A stretch of DNA of 64,000 nucleotides from an uncultured Pseudomonadales bacterium (GTDB lineage Bacteria; Patescibacteriota; Microgenomatia; UBA1400; MFAQ01). The notes beneath the pieces were generated by a model, which saw nothing but the letters and a program-made list of their open reading frames with translations, made no database searches and was not told the origin of the DNA. The stretch's first letter is position 1. Each line of letters starts with the position of its first letter. Made by a program: the position numbers and the translations under genes. The DNA lies in contig CAZARR010000002.1 of the NCBI GenBank assembly GCA_964487665.1, positions 8,597-72,596 of the forward strand, in the 5' to 3' direction. This document shows, piece after piece, positions 27,309 through 37,600 of this stretch.

Positions 27309-29645
27309 TCACTCTGATACTTTCGACTCCTTTGGTACTACTTCAATCTCACATGCTCCAGAAACACAAGCAAGTTCCTGAGCCGCCTTAGTATAATCTT
27401 CCTCCTCGTAACGGTAAAGTTTAGAGAAGTCGATATTGGGGAAACTTCCGAACAACCCCTCGAATTCCTCACGTGCTATCTCTTGATACGGCATCTGGGC
27501 GTACTTGGCATCATAGGCTGGCAAAAATGACATCCCCCCAATAAGATCTCTGTGCTCCCAAACCCACTTAATCAAGTCAATCATTTCATCGGGGTGATAG
27601 GTGATCGTGACACTGGGATTATGTTCCGTCCAGTGTAGTTTATTTTGTAACCAATAGGTACATTGTTCAATCGCAGTTCTATCCTTTCGAACAATTGCCC
27701 CTTCGGGGGATTTAATCGGAAAGTGTATCACCCACGTGTTAGCCGAATCCGCATCCTGTCCGTTTTCCGGATCCATTGGCACACCGGCATCGCGTAAAAC
27801 CTTAAAAATCGGCGTGTGTGTCCCCACTCGTACGTTTCGAATATAATAATCGGACCAACGGGGATGTATCCCCGAAGCGCAATCAAACAATTGCGAAGAG
27901 TTTCCCGATGGTTTTACGCAAGTCACCGCGCTGGACTGATTTATTCCCAACATTTGAGCATAAGTTCGATTTGTCTCGATTGCTACCTGTCGCAATCGAT
28001 TCTGAACCGCACTATCCTGAGCCACTCGGCTATCAAGTTGCCCGTTAATATCCACACCCAGAAGCCTCTCTTCTTCGCAATTCTGTTTCCAGGTTGACCT
28101 AAGACCGGGAAAATTTGTTGCCATTGACTGAATAGTCCCAATAATTGTGGCCATTTCCACCTTATCTTTTAGGCTTTCGTAGGTATCATCTTTTCTGGCA
28201 ATGGTTATGCTTAAATTACATAGTTGCCATGGACGCAAAATTATTTCCCCACAAGGATTTGTGCCAAAATCCGCCTCCAATCTGCGAGCCGGTCGCATAT
28301 TTATTGCTGCCTGCCGATTAAAAATTCCCGGCTCCCCCCGCCCATTTCTGACCATCTCTAGCATCTGTCCAGTTAACTCAGCTTGAGTAATTCCACTTGC
28401 TGGCCACACCACCGAGTTATTTGCGTTCCATCTTTGACTATTATCCAACTCAAAATTTCCATTCTTGCAATTAAGCATTTCCTCATCACCCCAGTCAAAA
28501 AGTGAAATCATCGCTGTCCTTCGCATTCCCCCCGACACCGCCGCGTTACCCACCTCGCACATAATATCGTGAGCATCTATCGTCCGCAAAAAACTACCCT
28601 GCCTCAACAAAACCCTCGCGCGCACGAAATCCAACATCTGTCGTAGTGGATCAGGACCAGACGCGCGGCCACCCTTAATCTTTAATATTGCCCCCGCCGG
28701 TCTGATTGCTGAAAAATCAAACACCACATCGCCCCCTTCCAACCAAGTCGACAGACCCAATCGCAAGGAGTCACCCCACCCCTCAGTGGTATCTTCAACC
28801 ACGTGAGTTTTTGCCATTGAACCAGTCTGTCTCCTAACTCTTGGCAGGTTCTCAACATATTTACTCTCAACTGAAAAGCCAACGCCACAACCATTCATTG
28901 AGATAATCAAGGCCTCAACAAAAGAGTCAATACTCTCAACTGGTTGGTATGAACAGTTATATATGGCAATATTGTTTCTTCTTGCAGCCTGCCCTGCCAT
29001 AGCCAAAAGCCTCATTGACGGAGCTACTTTCATGTCCAATATCGACTGTCTTATTTGTTTATAAGTTTTTGAAGGAAGACGAGATTGTGACAATTCTTTC
29101 AAAAACCCCACCGCTCTATCTACAGTTTCCACCCACGTCTCACGGCGTCCTAATTCGTAATTAAACCTGGAATACTTATCAAAAAACTGAAACTTCTGCA
29201 CCGGAGAGGCAAAATAGACATCCGACTGGGCAAATGCCTGCTGAACCTCCCTGGGAACTGGCCTAGCCTCTCTCAGTTTTGCATGCTCAGCCCTATACAA
29301 AATATAACTTTTTGCTGCCTCGAACTCACCGGCAGCCTGCAGTACAATTTCCACAGCATCCTGTACCTGCTCAACAGTAGGTTGGACGTATTTAGCTCCG
29401 ATTATGTTCACCACCCTGCGAGCCAGCGCTGAAATTGTAACCCGGGGAGACTTCCCCAATCCCTCATAACACTTACTTAGTGCGACTTTGATCTTTGTCA
29501 CCTCAAATGGCACTATTCGGCCGTCCCTTTTCTTAATAGTTTTCGGCATTTGTACCTTTTCCTTGGTCTTTACCTTCACCACACCCTTTATCGGTCCTGC
29601 TGTAATCCCCGACACGTTTGTGCTAACTAACATTGTTTCCGACAT
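27309..29645 (-). CDS. nrdJ: ribonucleotide reductase, large monomeric form (class II adenosylcobalamin-dependent NrdJ-like)
   Basis: Active-site signature NPCGEIILRPWQLCNLS, a C-terminal redox Cys pair (CVSGAC), 778 aa, and no nrdB nearby; the class II assignment is inference. Confidence 0.8.
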   Translation of the reverse strand: MSETMLVSTNVSGITAGPIKGVVKVKTKEKVQMPKTIKKRDGRIVPFEVTKIKVALSKCYEGLGKSPRVTISALARRVVNIIGAKYVQPTVEQVQDAVEIVLQAAGEFEAAKSYILYRAEHAKLREARPVPREVQQAFAQSDVYFASPVQKFQFFDKYSRFNYELGRRETWVETVDRAVGFLKELSQSRLPSKTYKQIRQSILDMKVAPSMRLLAMAGQAARRNNIAIYNCSYQPVESIDSFVEALIISMNGCGVGFSVESKYVENLPRVRRQTGSMAKTHVVEDTTEGWGDSLRLGLSTWLEGGDVVFDFSAIRPAGAILKIKGGRASGPDPLRQMLDFVRARVLLRQGSFLRTIDAHDIMCEVGNAAVSGGMRRTAMISLFDWGDEEMLNCKNGNFELDNSQRWNANNSVVWPASGITQAELTGQMLEMVRNGRGEPGIFNRQAAINMRPARRLEADFGTNPCGEIILRPWQLCNLSITIARKDDTYESLKDKVEMATIIGTIQSMATNFPGLRSTWKQNCEEERLLGVDINGQLDSRVAQDSAVQNRLRQVAIETNRTYAQMLGINQSSAVTCVKPSGNSSQLFDCASGIHPRWSDYYIRNVRVGTHTPIFKVLRDAGVPMDPENGQDADSANTWVIHFPIKSPEGAIVRKDRTAIEQCTYWLQNKLHWTEHNPSVTITYHPDEMIDLIKWVWEHRDLIGGMSFLPAYDAKYAQMPYQEIAREEFEGLFGSFPNIDFSKLYRYEEEDYTKAAQELACVSGACEIEVVPKESKVSE

Positions 29646-30099
29646 TTATTCCTCCTTGTAAATTTTTTATTAATGAGAGCAAATCGTTAGCCGAATTAAT
29701 ATCCAAATAAACACTGGCAAACCTCAAATAAGCCACATCATCCAGTTTCTTTAATCTCGTCAGTACCATCCGCCCAATATCCGAACTGGGGACGCGGGTC
29801 GTCTGTCTGTTTAGTAACTTTATCTCGATATCATCAACCAAAATTTCAATGTCTTTGTCCTCCACCGGACGTTTCCAACAGGCCTTCTTTACTCCCTTGA
29901 CAATCTTATCCCGGTCAAAATCCTCCAAAACCCCGCTACGTTTAATCACTTTCAAATCTATTCGGGCAACTTTCTCATACGTTGTAAATCTCTTTTTACA
30001 TTTCTTGCACTCACGCCTACGCCTCAAGGTCGCCTCGTCTTCAACCACACGACTCTCCAAAACACTTGTTTCTTGAGTATTGCAAAATGGGCAGTGCAT
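29623..30099 (-). CDS. nrdR: transcriptional repressor NrdR
   Basis: MHCPFCNTQETSVLESR zinc ribbon plus an ATP-cone domain. The internal Met at 30099 is preferred over the track start 30126. It overlaps the RNR start. Confidence 0.9.
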   Translation of the reverse strand: MHCPFCNTQETSVLESRVVEDEATLRRRRECKKCKKRFTTYEKVARIDLKVIKRSGVLEDFDRDKIVKGVKKACWKRPVEDKDIEILVDDIEIKLLNRQTTRVPSSDIGRMVLTRLKKLDDVAYLRFASVYLDINSANDLLSLIKNLQGGINVGNNVS

Positions 30100-30114
30100 A
30101 TTATTTTTAGTAGC

Positions 30115-30134
30115 AGTGTAAAACATAAAACACT
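30115..30134 (-). promoter_or_regulatory. inverted repeat AGTGT-N10-ACACT upstream of nrdR (candidate NrdR-box-like operator)
   Basis: agtgtaaaacataaaacact lies 16 nt upstream of the nrdR start; it resembles the acaC...Gtgt palindromic NrdR box but with non-canonical spacing. Confidence 0.25.
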
Positions 30135-30173
30135 ACCGGTAGTATTGCAACCGATTAAAACTACATCAAAATC

Positions 30174-30767
30174 TTAGAGAGTAATTGACAGCCAAGCCCA
30201 AACAGCCACAATGCTTGCAACTAAATTATTAGTTGTCAAGAAAAGCCAAGACGCTACCATACCAATTGATGCTGCCACCGATACCAAAATCAACGATTCA
30301 CCCACGCTCATACCGTAAACAAACAAGGCTATCGGCATCCGGACCAATCCGAATATCATTCCACTTGCAACCATCGCGATACCCTTCCCAAACCTACTCG
30401 ACCACACCTGGGCAAAATAACCCGCAAACACCAAACACTCCACAATTGCGGTAGCCAAAGACACCCCAATAATCTCAAGGCTACTTTTAGCCAAAACCTT
30501 ACCATTTGCCAGGCTAACCACCAACCAGTACAACAATCCCACCGCAAACCCCATTAATAGAGCCCTGACCACTCGACCTTTAAACACCCCGTTAGGCCCC
30601 AGATTCGCCACGCTTAACCACCACAAAGGCATCAACCACAGTACTGGTTTAAACCACAGCTCTTCAATCGCTTCTGGCAAATGCACATAATAACGAAACA
30701 AACTCCAAACAACCAACAAGTAGACAAGATATACATAACTGACCTTTATACGGGACAAACTAGCCAC
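30174..30767 (-). CDS. CPBP-family (CAAX protease/Abi-like) intramembrane protein, tentative
   Basis: Polytopic 197-aa membrane protein with an EExxxK-like EAIEELWFKP near TM1; the assignment is weak. Confidence 0.35.
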   Translation of the reverse strand: MASLSRIKVSYVYLVYLLVVWSLFRYYVHLPEAIEELWFKPVLWLMPLWWLSVANLGPNGVFKGRVVRALLMGFAVGLLYWLVVSLANGKVLAKSSLEIIGVSLATAIVECLVFAGYFAQVWSSRFGKGIAMVASGMIFGLVRMPIALFVYGMSVGESLILVSVAASIGMVASWLFLTTNNLVASIVAVWAWLSITL

Positions 30768-30806
30768 ACCATCATACTATCATAATCACATATATAATTA
30801 TCAAAG

Positions 30807-33140
30807 GTGACAAAGAGAAAAATCATCCTATTGGTCGCATGCATTTTCATCGTCGTGGTGGCGACAATAGGTTTATTTATTTTTCTTTTGTTCAAAGACG
30901 TTCCCAACCCCCAGAAACTTACCAAATCTCCCGCTCCTGTGAGCACTCAAATATTTGATAGAAACAGCAAATTGCTCTATGAAGTTTATGTGGATCAAAA
31001 CCGCCTTCCTGTAAATATCAATGACGTACCAGATTACCTAAAAAAAGCTACCGTATCAATCGAAGACAAAAATTTTTATAAACATCATGGCCTGGACACG
31101 CGCGGAATATTACGCGCGGCTTTCAAATTAGCTACCGGCGGTCGCCTTGAGGGTGGTTCTACCATTACCCAACAATTAGTCAAGGTCGCTATCCTTTCCG
31201 ACAACCGGCGTACTGTCACTAGAAAAATTCGCGAGGCAGGACTAGCTATTTTTACCGAAATTCTTTATTCCAAAGATCAAATTCTCGAACTCTACCTCAA
31301 TCACGCCCCTTATGGAGGTACGGCTTATGGAATCGAAGCTGCATCAAAGGTATTTTTTGGAAAAACCTCCAAGGATCTTAATCTGGCCGAATCTGCCCTT
31401 TTGGCCGGACTACCCCAATCACCCACCAAATATTCCCCTTTTGGTGCCAACCCAGAGCTAGCCATAAATCGACAACACTTAGTTTTAGATCAAATGGCTC
31501 AGGACGGATATATCACCAAAGAACAAGCCGAGGAGGCAAAAAACCTTCCCCTGCATTTTGCTAACAATACCAAGTCTATCAAGGCACCCCACTTCTCGCT
31601 TATGGTCCGTGACCTTTTGGTGGATCGATACGGTGAAGATCGTGTTAATCTCGGTGGGCTTAAAGTGACAACCACTCTCGATCTTGATCTTCAGGAATAT
31701 GCCCAAGCCACTGTCAGTAGCGAAATAAACAAGGTTAAAAAATACAAAATTTCTAACGGAGCCTCCCTTATTACCCGTCCAAAAACCGGGGAGATACTCG
31801 CGATGGTTGGTTCAAAAGACTATTTCAGCTCTGATATCGATGGTAACGTCAACCTCACCACTCGTCTCCGCCAACCGGGAAGTTCAATTAAGCCAATTAA
31901 TTACGCTGTCGGACTACTTCGCGGATGGACAGCGAGCACCATGTACTTAGACATCCCTACTTGTTTTAGTGTCACCAACCAAAAACAATATTGCCCCAAG
32001 AACTACGACAACTCATTTCACGGACCAGTGCAAATGCGCTTTGCTTTAGGCAACTCCTACAATATTCCCGCCGTCAAGCAGCTAGCCCTTAACGGAATCG
32101 ACAGTTTTATCGCCACTGCCAGTGCTATGGGGATAACCACCTGGACAGATCCGAGCCGATACGGTCTATCTCTAACCCTTGGTGGCGGTGAGGTTACCAT
32201 GAGCGATATGTCTACCGCATTCGGTACCTTTGCCAATGCCGGAGTTACCGTTCCGCTAAATCCGATACTGAAAGTCGAAACATACAACGGAGAGGTATTA
32301 GAAGAAAACCGACCCAACGATCTTGCCGACGTCGTAAACACCTTGCCTCAAGAATGGTCTGACTTCTGGCAAAAGAGGAGTGAAATCGCCTCTGATATTT
32401 CTTACCAGTGCACTCAGTACAACCACCAATGCCTTCGTGTCTCACTCCCCGAAGGAGTCGCTTATATTATTTCTCACATTCTTCTCGACAACAACGCACG
32501 CACCGGAGCCTTTGGGCCCAACAGTCAACTCCTAATCCCCAACAAAAGTGTCTCAGTAAAAACTGGTACAACCAACGACCTACGGGACAACTGGACTATC
32601 GGATTTACACCTGACATTCTCGTTGCAACTTGGGTTGGCAACAACGATAACACACCAATGAGTTATGTCGCCTCCGGAGTCACGGGTGCATCATCAATCT
32701 GGCAAGCTCTTATGAGACGCGCGCTTAAACAACAGCCAGACCACTTTCCCAAACAACCAAACGACGTAGAAAGTAAAGTCATTTGTGCCAATACTGGGCT
32801 TGTTCCCAATGACCCCAATTCATGCCCAACAAGAACCGAACTATTTATCAAGGGTGTGTATCCACCCAATCAAATTCCCGAGAGAAAGCAAATTTGGGTG
32901 CGAAGATCCGATAAATACCCCCTATTACCCGGGGATACCACCGTTGACCTTGACCTCGAAGAACACACTATTATCAACGATCCGTTTACCCACGACTTTT
33001 GCCTCGACTGTACTTATCCTGTAAATGATAAGGGGACAACTCAATGGCCCACTTACAATATCAACTACGACACTTTTCGCATGTCCCCGCCATCTCCTCG
33101 AGACTACCTTGTCCTAGGCACCCCCACGCCCCAACCGTGA
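30807..33140 (+). CDS. class A penicillin-binding protein (bifunctional glycosyltransferase/transpeptidase), copy 1
   Basis: N-terminal TM, GT51 motifs EDKNFYKHHG and GGSTITQQLVK, transpeptidase SxxK (GSSIKP), SYN, and KTGTTNDLRDNWTIGF. Confidence 0.9.
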   Translation: MTKRKIILLVACIFIVVVATIGLFIFLLFKDVPNPQKLTKSPAPVSTQIFDRNSKLLYEVYVDQNRLPVNINDVPDYLKKATVSIEDKNFYKHHGLDTRGILRAAFKLATGGRLEGGSTITQQLVKVAILSDNRRTVTRKIREAGLAIFTEILYSKDQILELYLNHAPYGGTAYGIEAASKVFFGKTSKDLNLAESALLAGLPQSPTKYSPFGANPELAINRQHLVLDQMAQDGYITKEQAEEAKNLPLHFANNTKSIKAPHFSLMVRDLLVDRYGEDRVNLGGLKVTTTLDLDLQEYAQATVSSEINKVKKYKISNGASLITRPKTGEILAMVGSKDYFSSDIDGNVNLTTRLRQPGSSIKPINYAVGLLRGWTASTMYLDIPTCFSVTNQKQYCPKNYDNSFHGPVQMRFALGNSYNIPAVKQLALNGIDSFIATASAMGITTWTDPSRYGLSLTLGGGEVTMSDMSTAFGTFANAGVTVPLNPILKVETYNGEVLEENRPNDLADVVNTLPQEWSDFWQKRSEIASDISYQCTQYNHQCLRVSLPEGVAYIISHILLDNNARTGAFGPNSQLLIPNKSVSVKTGTTNDLRDNWTIGFTPDILVATWVGNNDNTPMSYVASGVTGASSIWQALMRRALKQQPDHFPKQPNDVESKVICANTGLVPNDPNSCPTRTELFIKGVYPPNQIPERKQIWVRRSDKYPLLPGDTTVDLDLEEHTIINDPFTHDFCLDCTYPVNDKGTTQWPTYNINYDTFRMSPPSPRDYLVLGTPTPQP

Positions 33141-34312
33141 ACAGAACATTGGCCCTGGCGACTTCGATACTTTTATCTATAGTCCTCCTCAGTCTGGTTG
33201 TGGTCTACAAAGTTCTACCCACCCTACCTCTACTTTCACCATCCGCTGTAATTTCGGATCTAGAGAATATGTTCAACTCCCGCTCCAATCAATTTCAAGT
33301 TTACGGATTTTTACCATTTTGGACACTTAATATGGTCGACACCACAGACCTTAAATCACTCACCCATCTAATATATTTCGGCATCGAAATTTCCTCTGAC
33401 GGGACACTAAAGTCAAACCTGAACAAAAAAGAATTAGAACCTGGCTGGGTTCAATTAAATTCTGCGAGTCTCAAAAAACTTCGCACCAATTTCCCTAACC
33501 GCAGTATTATCGTCGTCCGTAATATGAATTCGCAAGACATTGAGTCAATACTCAATAACCGCCAAGCATTTGAGCTATCCATCGAACAAATTATCAATCT
33601 TGTCAAAGTCAACAAATATCAAGGTGTCAATATTGACTTCGAGTCCTCAGATAGCTTTTCTCCAGAAACCCAAACCAACTTCACCAAGTGGATTTCCAAA
33701 CTGGTTGATGTCTGCCACTCCCAAGTTAAACATTGTGAGGTTAGTATCGACATTAATGCTGACTCCGCAGCCAAAGACCGTCTTTACCAACTAAAACCAT
33801 TAGGGTTAATAGCCGACAGGATCATTGTCATGGCATACGATTTTTACTATCGAAACAGCACCAAGTCAGGCCCTGTTGCTCCGTTAACCGGCAAGTGTAA
33901 AACACCAGAACAGATTAACTGCCTGGACTACGATATCAAGACAGCTATTTCTGATATCAGCCGTAGTGTTTCCCCCCATAAATTGATTTTAGGTATTCCA
34001 ACTTATGGCTATCTATGGACTACCACTGATGATTCCTTTCTATCAAATACGACGAGTCGCGGAGTATTTATAAGCCAAAGAGACATAGCGGCCTTGTTTA
34101 ATTCAGACAGCCCCCCAATTGCTTCATGGTCAGCACACACGCTAACTCCATACGCCATCATCAGGGAGAAAAAAGTTGTCAAACAAATTCACTACGAAAA
34201 TTCGCAATCAATTCAGGAAAAAATTAGATTCGCCCAAGCTAATGGCTTGGCAGGCATTGCCTATTGGGCGATTGGCTATCAAGAGCAATCCTTTTTGCCC
34301 CTTTTACCCTAG
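33137..34312 (+). CDS. glycoside hydrolase family 18-like protein with N-terminal membrane anchor
   Basis: YGFLPFW and LTHLIYFGIE with a DGxDxDWE-like GVNIDFES motif. The start is taken as GTG at 33137, overlapping the PBP stop as GTGA (TTG at 33149 is the alternative); the track start 33044 lies inside the PBP gene. Confidence 0.7.
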   Translation: MNRTLALATSILLSIVLLSLVVVYKVLPTLPLLSPSAVISDLENMFNSRSNQFQVYGFLPFWTLNMVDTTDLKSLTHLIYFGIEISSDGTLKSNLNKKELEPGWVQLNSASLKKLRTNFPNRSIIVVRNMNSQDIESILNNRQAFELSIEQIINLVKVNKYQGVNIDFESSDSFSPETQTNFTKWISKLVDVCHSQVKHCEVSIDINADSAAKDRLYQLKPLGLIADRIIVMAYDFYYRNSTKSGPVAPLTGKCKTPEQINCLDYDIKTAISDISRSVSPHKLILGIPTYGYLWTTTDDSFLSNTTSRGVFISQRDIAALFNSDSPPIASWSAHTLTPYAIIREKKVVKQIHYENSQSIQEKIRFAQANGLAGIAYWAIGYQEQSFLPLLP

Positions 34313-34337
34313 GTCAACGCTTGCTATTATATTCTCA

Positions 34338-36467
34338 ATGCCAGATACAACGATTTCTGGTTCAAAATTCAATAAATTAAACAAGTTACTATATCTCATC
34401 GGTCACCCATTTTTTCCGATACTTGTTTTTGTTATTCTAAAGTTAGCCAATACTTTTCACATAGTAAATCGTAGACGTCTAATTGCAACTCTATTCGTAA
34501 TTGCCATCACTCTCATATTCACCACTCAACTTAGACAACTAATTGTTAACCTGCCCAATCCGGAAAACCTCAAGTCAAAACCCCCCTTGCTTTCAACTAA
34601 AATTTTCGATCGACATGGCAACTTGCTCTACACTTTTTATAATTTAGAAAACCGCTCTTTGATAGAGCTTTCGGACTTGCCAAACTACGTACCCTTAACT
34701 TTCATCGCTATAGAGGACAAAAATTTCTACAAGCATAGGGGAATTTCGATCACAGGCATATTTAGAGCAGCCAGGAACAATCTACTCAAATCAGAATCTT
34801 TGCAGGGGGGATCAACCATAACTCAACAGCTTGTTAAAAACAGCCTTCTCACCAAAGATAAAACCTGGCAAAGAAAACTCAAAGAAATAATCCTCGCCGT
34901 TTTGGTGGAGAGACGGTATTCAAAACAAGACATTATTGAAATGTATCTCAATCAGGTTAATTTTGGCGGCCCAATCTATGGAATCGAAGAAGCTTCGCAA
35001 CAATATTTCGGTATTCCCGCCCGAAACCTCTCTCTTGCCCAGTCTGCCTTCCTAGCTGGTCTTCCCAAAGCTCCCACCTTGTTTTCTCCCTACGCAGATA
35101 ACTCTAGTGATCCCAAACAAAGACAGGTAACCATTCTTAATCGAATGCACGAACTCAAACTGGTAAGCGATGACGCTTATCAAAGCGCAATCCAACAGAC
35201 AATCATCATCAAACCCAATCAAAGAAAAATTATCGCTCCTCACTTTGTTATGTATATATACGATCTTTTAAAAGAAAACTTCTCCGAAAGTATAGTCCGG
35301 GAGGGAGGGCTTCGGGTTTATACGACACTTGACCAGAATATTCAGCAACTTGCCCAAGACGAAATTAACCAGGAGATTACCAATCTTGGCAAAAAATATC
35401 ATGTCAACAACGGAGCTTCACTGGTAATAAATCCTGCCACAGGGGAATTGTTAGCTATGGTTGGCTCGCTAAATTACTTTGACACCAAGATCGATGGACA
35501 GGTAAACCTCACCACAGCCCTCCGCCAACCTGGAAGTACCGTCAAACCGATTAATTACTCTCTAGCCCTCGAGTCAGGGATGACACCGGCATCCACCATC
35601 GAAGATCGGCCCATACAGATAAAACTGGATGATGGAACTACCTGGGTACCCAAAAATTATGACAATCGCTTTCATGGACCCCTGACCCTACGTAGCGCGC
35701 TAGCAAATTCATACAATATTCCAGCCATCAACACACTCTCAAAGTTTGGTCCAACACAAATGGCAAGCTTAGCAAAAGAGATGGGTCTTACCAGCTGGAA
35801 CAACCCGAATCGTTTTGGTCTATCGATAACCTTAGGAGCGCTCGAAACAAGTCTCCTCCAACTTTCTCAAGCCTACTCGGTTTTCGCAAATTACGGTAAA
35901 CAAATCCCCATTATTTCCATCACCAAGATTACCGACAGCCAAAATCGAGAGTTAACAATTAGCCCATGTAAACTCGCCCACCTGCCAGATAACTGTTTTG
36001 GTAAACAAATTATCAGCCCAGAAACTTCGTACACTATTACAGATATCCTTTCCGATAATTACGCACGAGCAAAAGCATTTGGTTTAAATTCTGTTCTCAA
36101 TACATCCCCACTAAGAACAATGGTTAAAACCGGAACAAGCAACAATTTAAGGGACAACTGGACCATTGGCTTTACACCAGATATTCTCGTTGCCACTTGG
36201 GTGGGAAACAATGACAACACCCCAATGAATGCAATTGCATCAGGAATAACTGGAGCCTCACCCATTTGGAATAGATTAATAACGAAACTCGCCAACCCGG
36301 CAACCCCCTGGTTTACTCCCCCTTCGAATCTTGCCAGAATCTTTTATTGCCCGGCCACCAATTCACAGGCTTGCCCAGACTGTCAAAACCGATATGAATA
36401 CTTTAGTGTCGACAAAAAACCTCGTCCCTGTCCTCCAAAAACTCAACAAGTAACTCAGAACTCGTAA
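34338..36467 (+). CDS. class A penicillin-binding protein, copy 2 (paralog)
   Basis: TM anchor, EDKNFYKHRG and GGSTITQQLVK, GSTVKP, and KTGTSNNLRDNWTIGFTPDILVATWVGNNDNTPM, near-identical to the copy-1 motif. The start is the ATG at 34338, just after the GH18 stop. Confidence 0.9.
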   Translation: MPDTTISGSKFNKLNKLLYLIGHPFFPILVFVILKLANTFHIVNRRRLIATLFVIAITLIFTTQLRQLIVNLPNPENLKSKPPLLSTKIFDRHGNLLYTFYNLENRSLIELSDLPNYVPLTFIAIEDKNFYKHRGISITGIFRAARNNLLKSESLQGGSTITQQLVKNSLLTKDKTWQRKLKEIILAVLVERRYSKQDIIEMYLNQVNFGGPIYGIEEASQQYFGIPARNLSLAQSAFLAGLPKAPTLFSPYADNSSDPKQRQVTILNRMHELKLVSDDAYQSAIQQTIIIKPNQRKIIAPHFVMYIYDLLKENFSESIVREGGLRVYTTLDQNIQQLAQDEINQEITNLGKKYHVNNGASLVINPATGELLAMVGSLNYFDTKIDGQVNLTTALRQPGSTVKPINYSLALESGMTPASTIEDRPIQIKLDDGTTWVPKNYDNRFHGPLTLRSALANSYNIPAINTLSKFGPTQMASLAKEMGLTSWNNPNRFGLSITLGALETSLLQLSQAYSVFANYGKQIPIISITKITDSQNRELTISPCKLAHLPDNCFGKQIISPETSYTITDILSDNYARAKAFGLNSVLNTSPLRTMVKTGTSNNLRDNWTIGFTPDILVATWVGNNDNTPMNAIASGITGASPIWNRLITKLANPATPWFTPPSNLARIFYCPATNSQACPDCQNRYEYFSVDKKPRPCPPKTQQVTQNS

Positions 36468-36606
36468 ATCTTAGTCGACCCCCACCCAAAACTCCAATAG
36501 AAAAAGATGCTGACCAAGAAACTAATTATCAAAACCAAAACTACCCACCTTTTATCAGAACTTTTAACTTCTTTCTCAAGCTGCCTATCCTTTTTCTTCT
36601 CGTTAT

Positions 36607-37590
36607 TTATTTCCTGCTCAATTTCTGCCATGCGTCACTATTTACTATATTTTCCGGGCACTTTCCGGCAAGCACTTTCTTCACCCCATCAACTACTAGT
36701 TGAGACATTTGAACCCTAGCCTCCATAGTTGCCGAAGCAATGTGTGGAGTAAGCACCACATTTGGAATCGACCTCAATTTGACCCCGACTTCTGTCTCAT
36801 TTTCGTAGACATCCAAACCAGCTCCCGCAAGTTTTCCATGACTCAAAGCCCTAACCAAGGCATCCTCATCCAGTACACCTCCCCTCGAAGTATTTATTAC
36901 TATGGCACTAGGTTTCATCAATCGCAGCTGCTTCTCACCTACCATTTTTCTGGTTTCATCTGTCAATGGTACTGACAAACTGATCACATCCGAATGTTGT
37001 AACAGGTTATTAAATCCCACGTACTTGACCCCCAGCTCATACTCACACTCCTCATCCCGATTTCTGCAATAATAGATCACTTTCATGCCCAGCCCCATTG
37101 CCAATCGGGCCGTCCATTTGCCGATCCTGCCTAAACCAATTATCCCCATGGTTTTACCACGTATACCCATCCCGACTAACAAGTCTGGTTCCCACCCCTT
37201 ATATTTTCCGCTGCGTACCAATCGGTCCCCCTCAACCAGTCGTCGGGCCACAGCTAATGTTAGCGCCATCACATGCTCGGCCACTGCCTCTACCAATACC
37301 CCAGGTGTGTTGACCACGGCTATCCCCCGGGAGGTCGCAGCACCAATATCAACATTGTCGAATCCTACGGCGTAATTTCCCACCACTCTTAAACTCATCC
37401 CGGCTCTATCCATTACCTCAGCGTCTATTCTCTCCGTCAACATGCTAATTATTGCCGACACTCCCCGAACCTTTTCCAACAAATCCTTTCGAGAGATATC
37501 CCTTTTTGGCCAAACATCAAGATCGTAATTTGCAAATGCCTTAGCAAGATCCATACCCACCAGCTTATGAGTTACAAATATTCGCGCCAT
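36607..37590 (-). CDS. D-isomer-specific 2-hydroxyacid dehydrogenase (glyoxylate/hydroxypyruvate reductase or PGDH-like)
   Basis: NAD-binding GKTMGIIGLGRIG plus the catalytic R/E/H triad region; 327 aa. Confidence 0.85.
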   Translation of the reverse strand: MARIFVTHKLVGMDLAKAFANYDLDVWPKRDISRKDLLEKVRGVSAIISMLTERIDAEVMDRAGMSLRVVGNYAVGFDNVDIGAATSRGIAVVNTPGVLVEAVAEHVMALTLAVARRLVEGDRLVRSGKYKGWEPDLLVGMGIRGKTMGIIGLGRIGKWTARLAMGLGMKVIYYCRNRDEECEYELGVKYVGFNNLLQHSDVISLSVPLTDETRKMVGEKQLRLMKPSAIVINTSRGGVLDEDALVRALSHGKLAGAGLDVYENETEVGVKLRSIPNVVLTPHIASATMEARVQMSQLVVDGVKKVLAGKCPENIVNSDAWQKLSRK

Positions 37591-37600
37591 CCTATATAGT

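Noticed and set aside
36468-36606. 139-nt convergent gap between PBP copy 2 and the 2-hydroxyacid dehydrogenase as a bidirectional terminator
   Set aside because: I could not find a convincing GC-rich hairpin followed by a T-tract on either strand. The 70-aa plus-strand ORF there overlaps the dehydrogenase 3' end and has no features. The gap is left unannotated.
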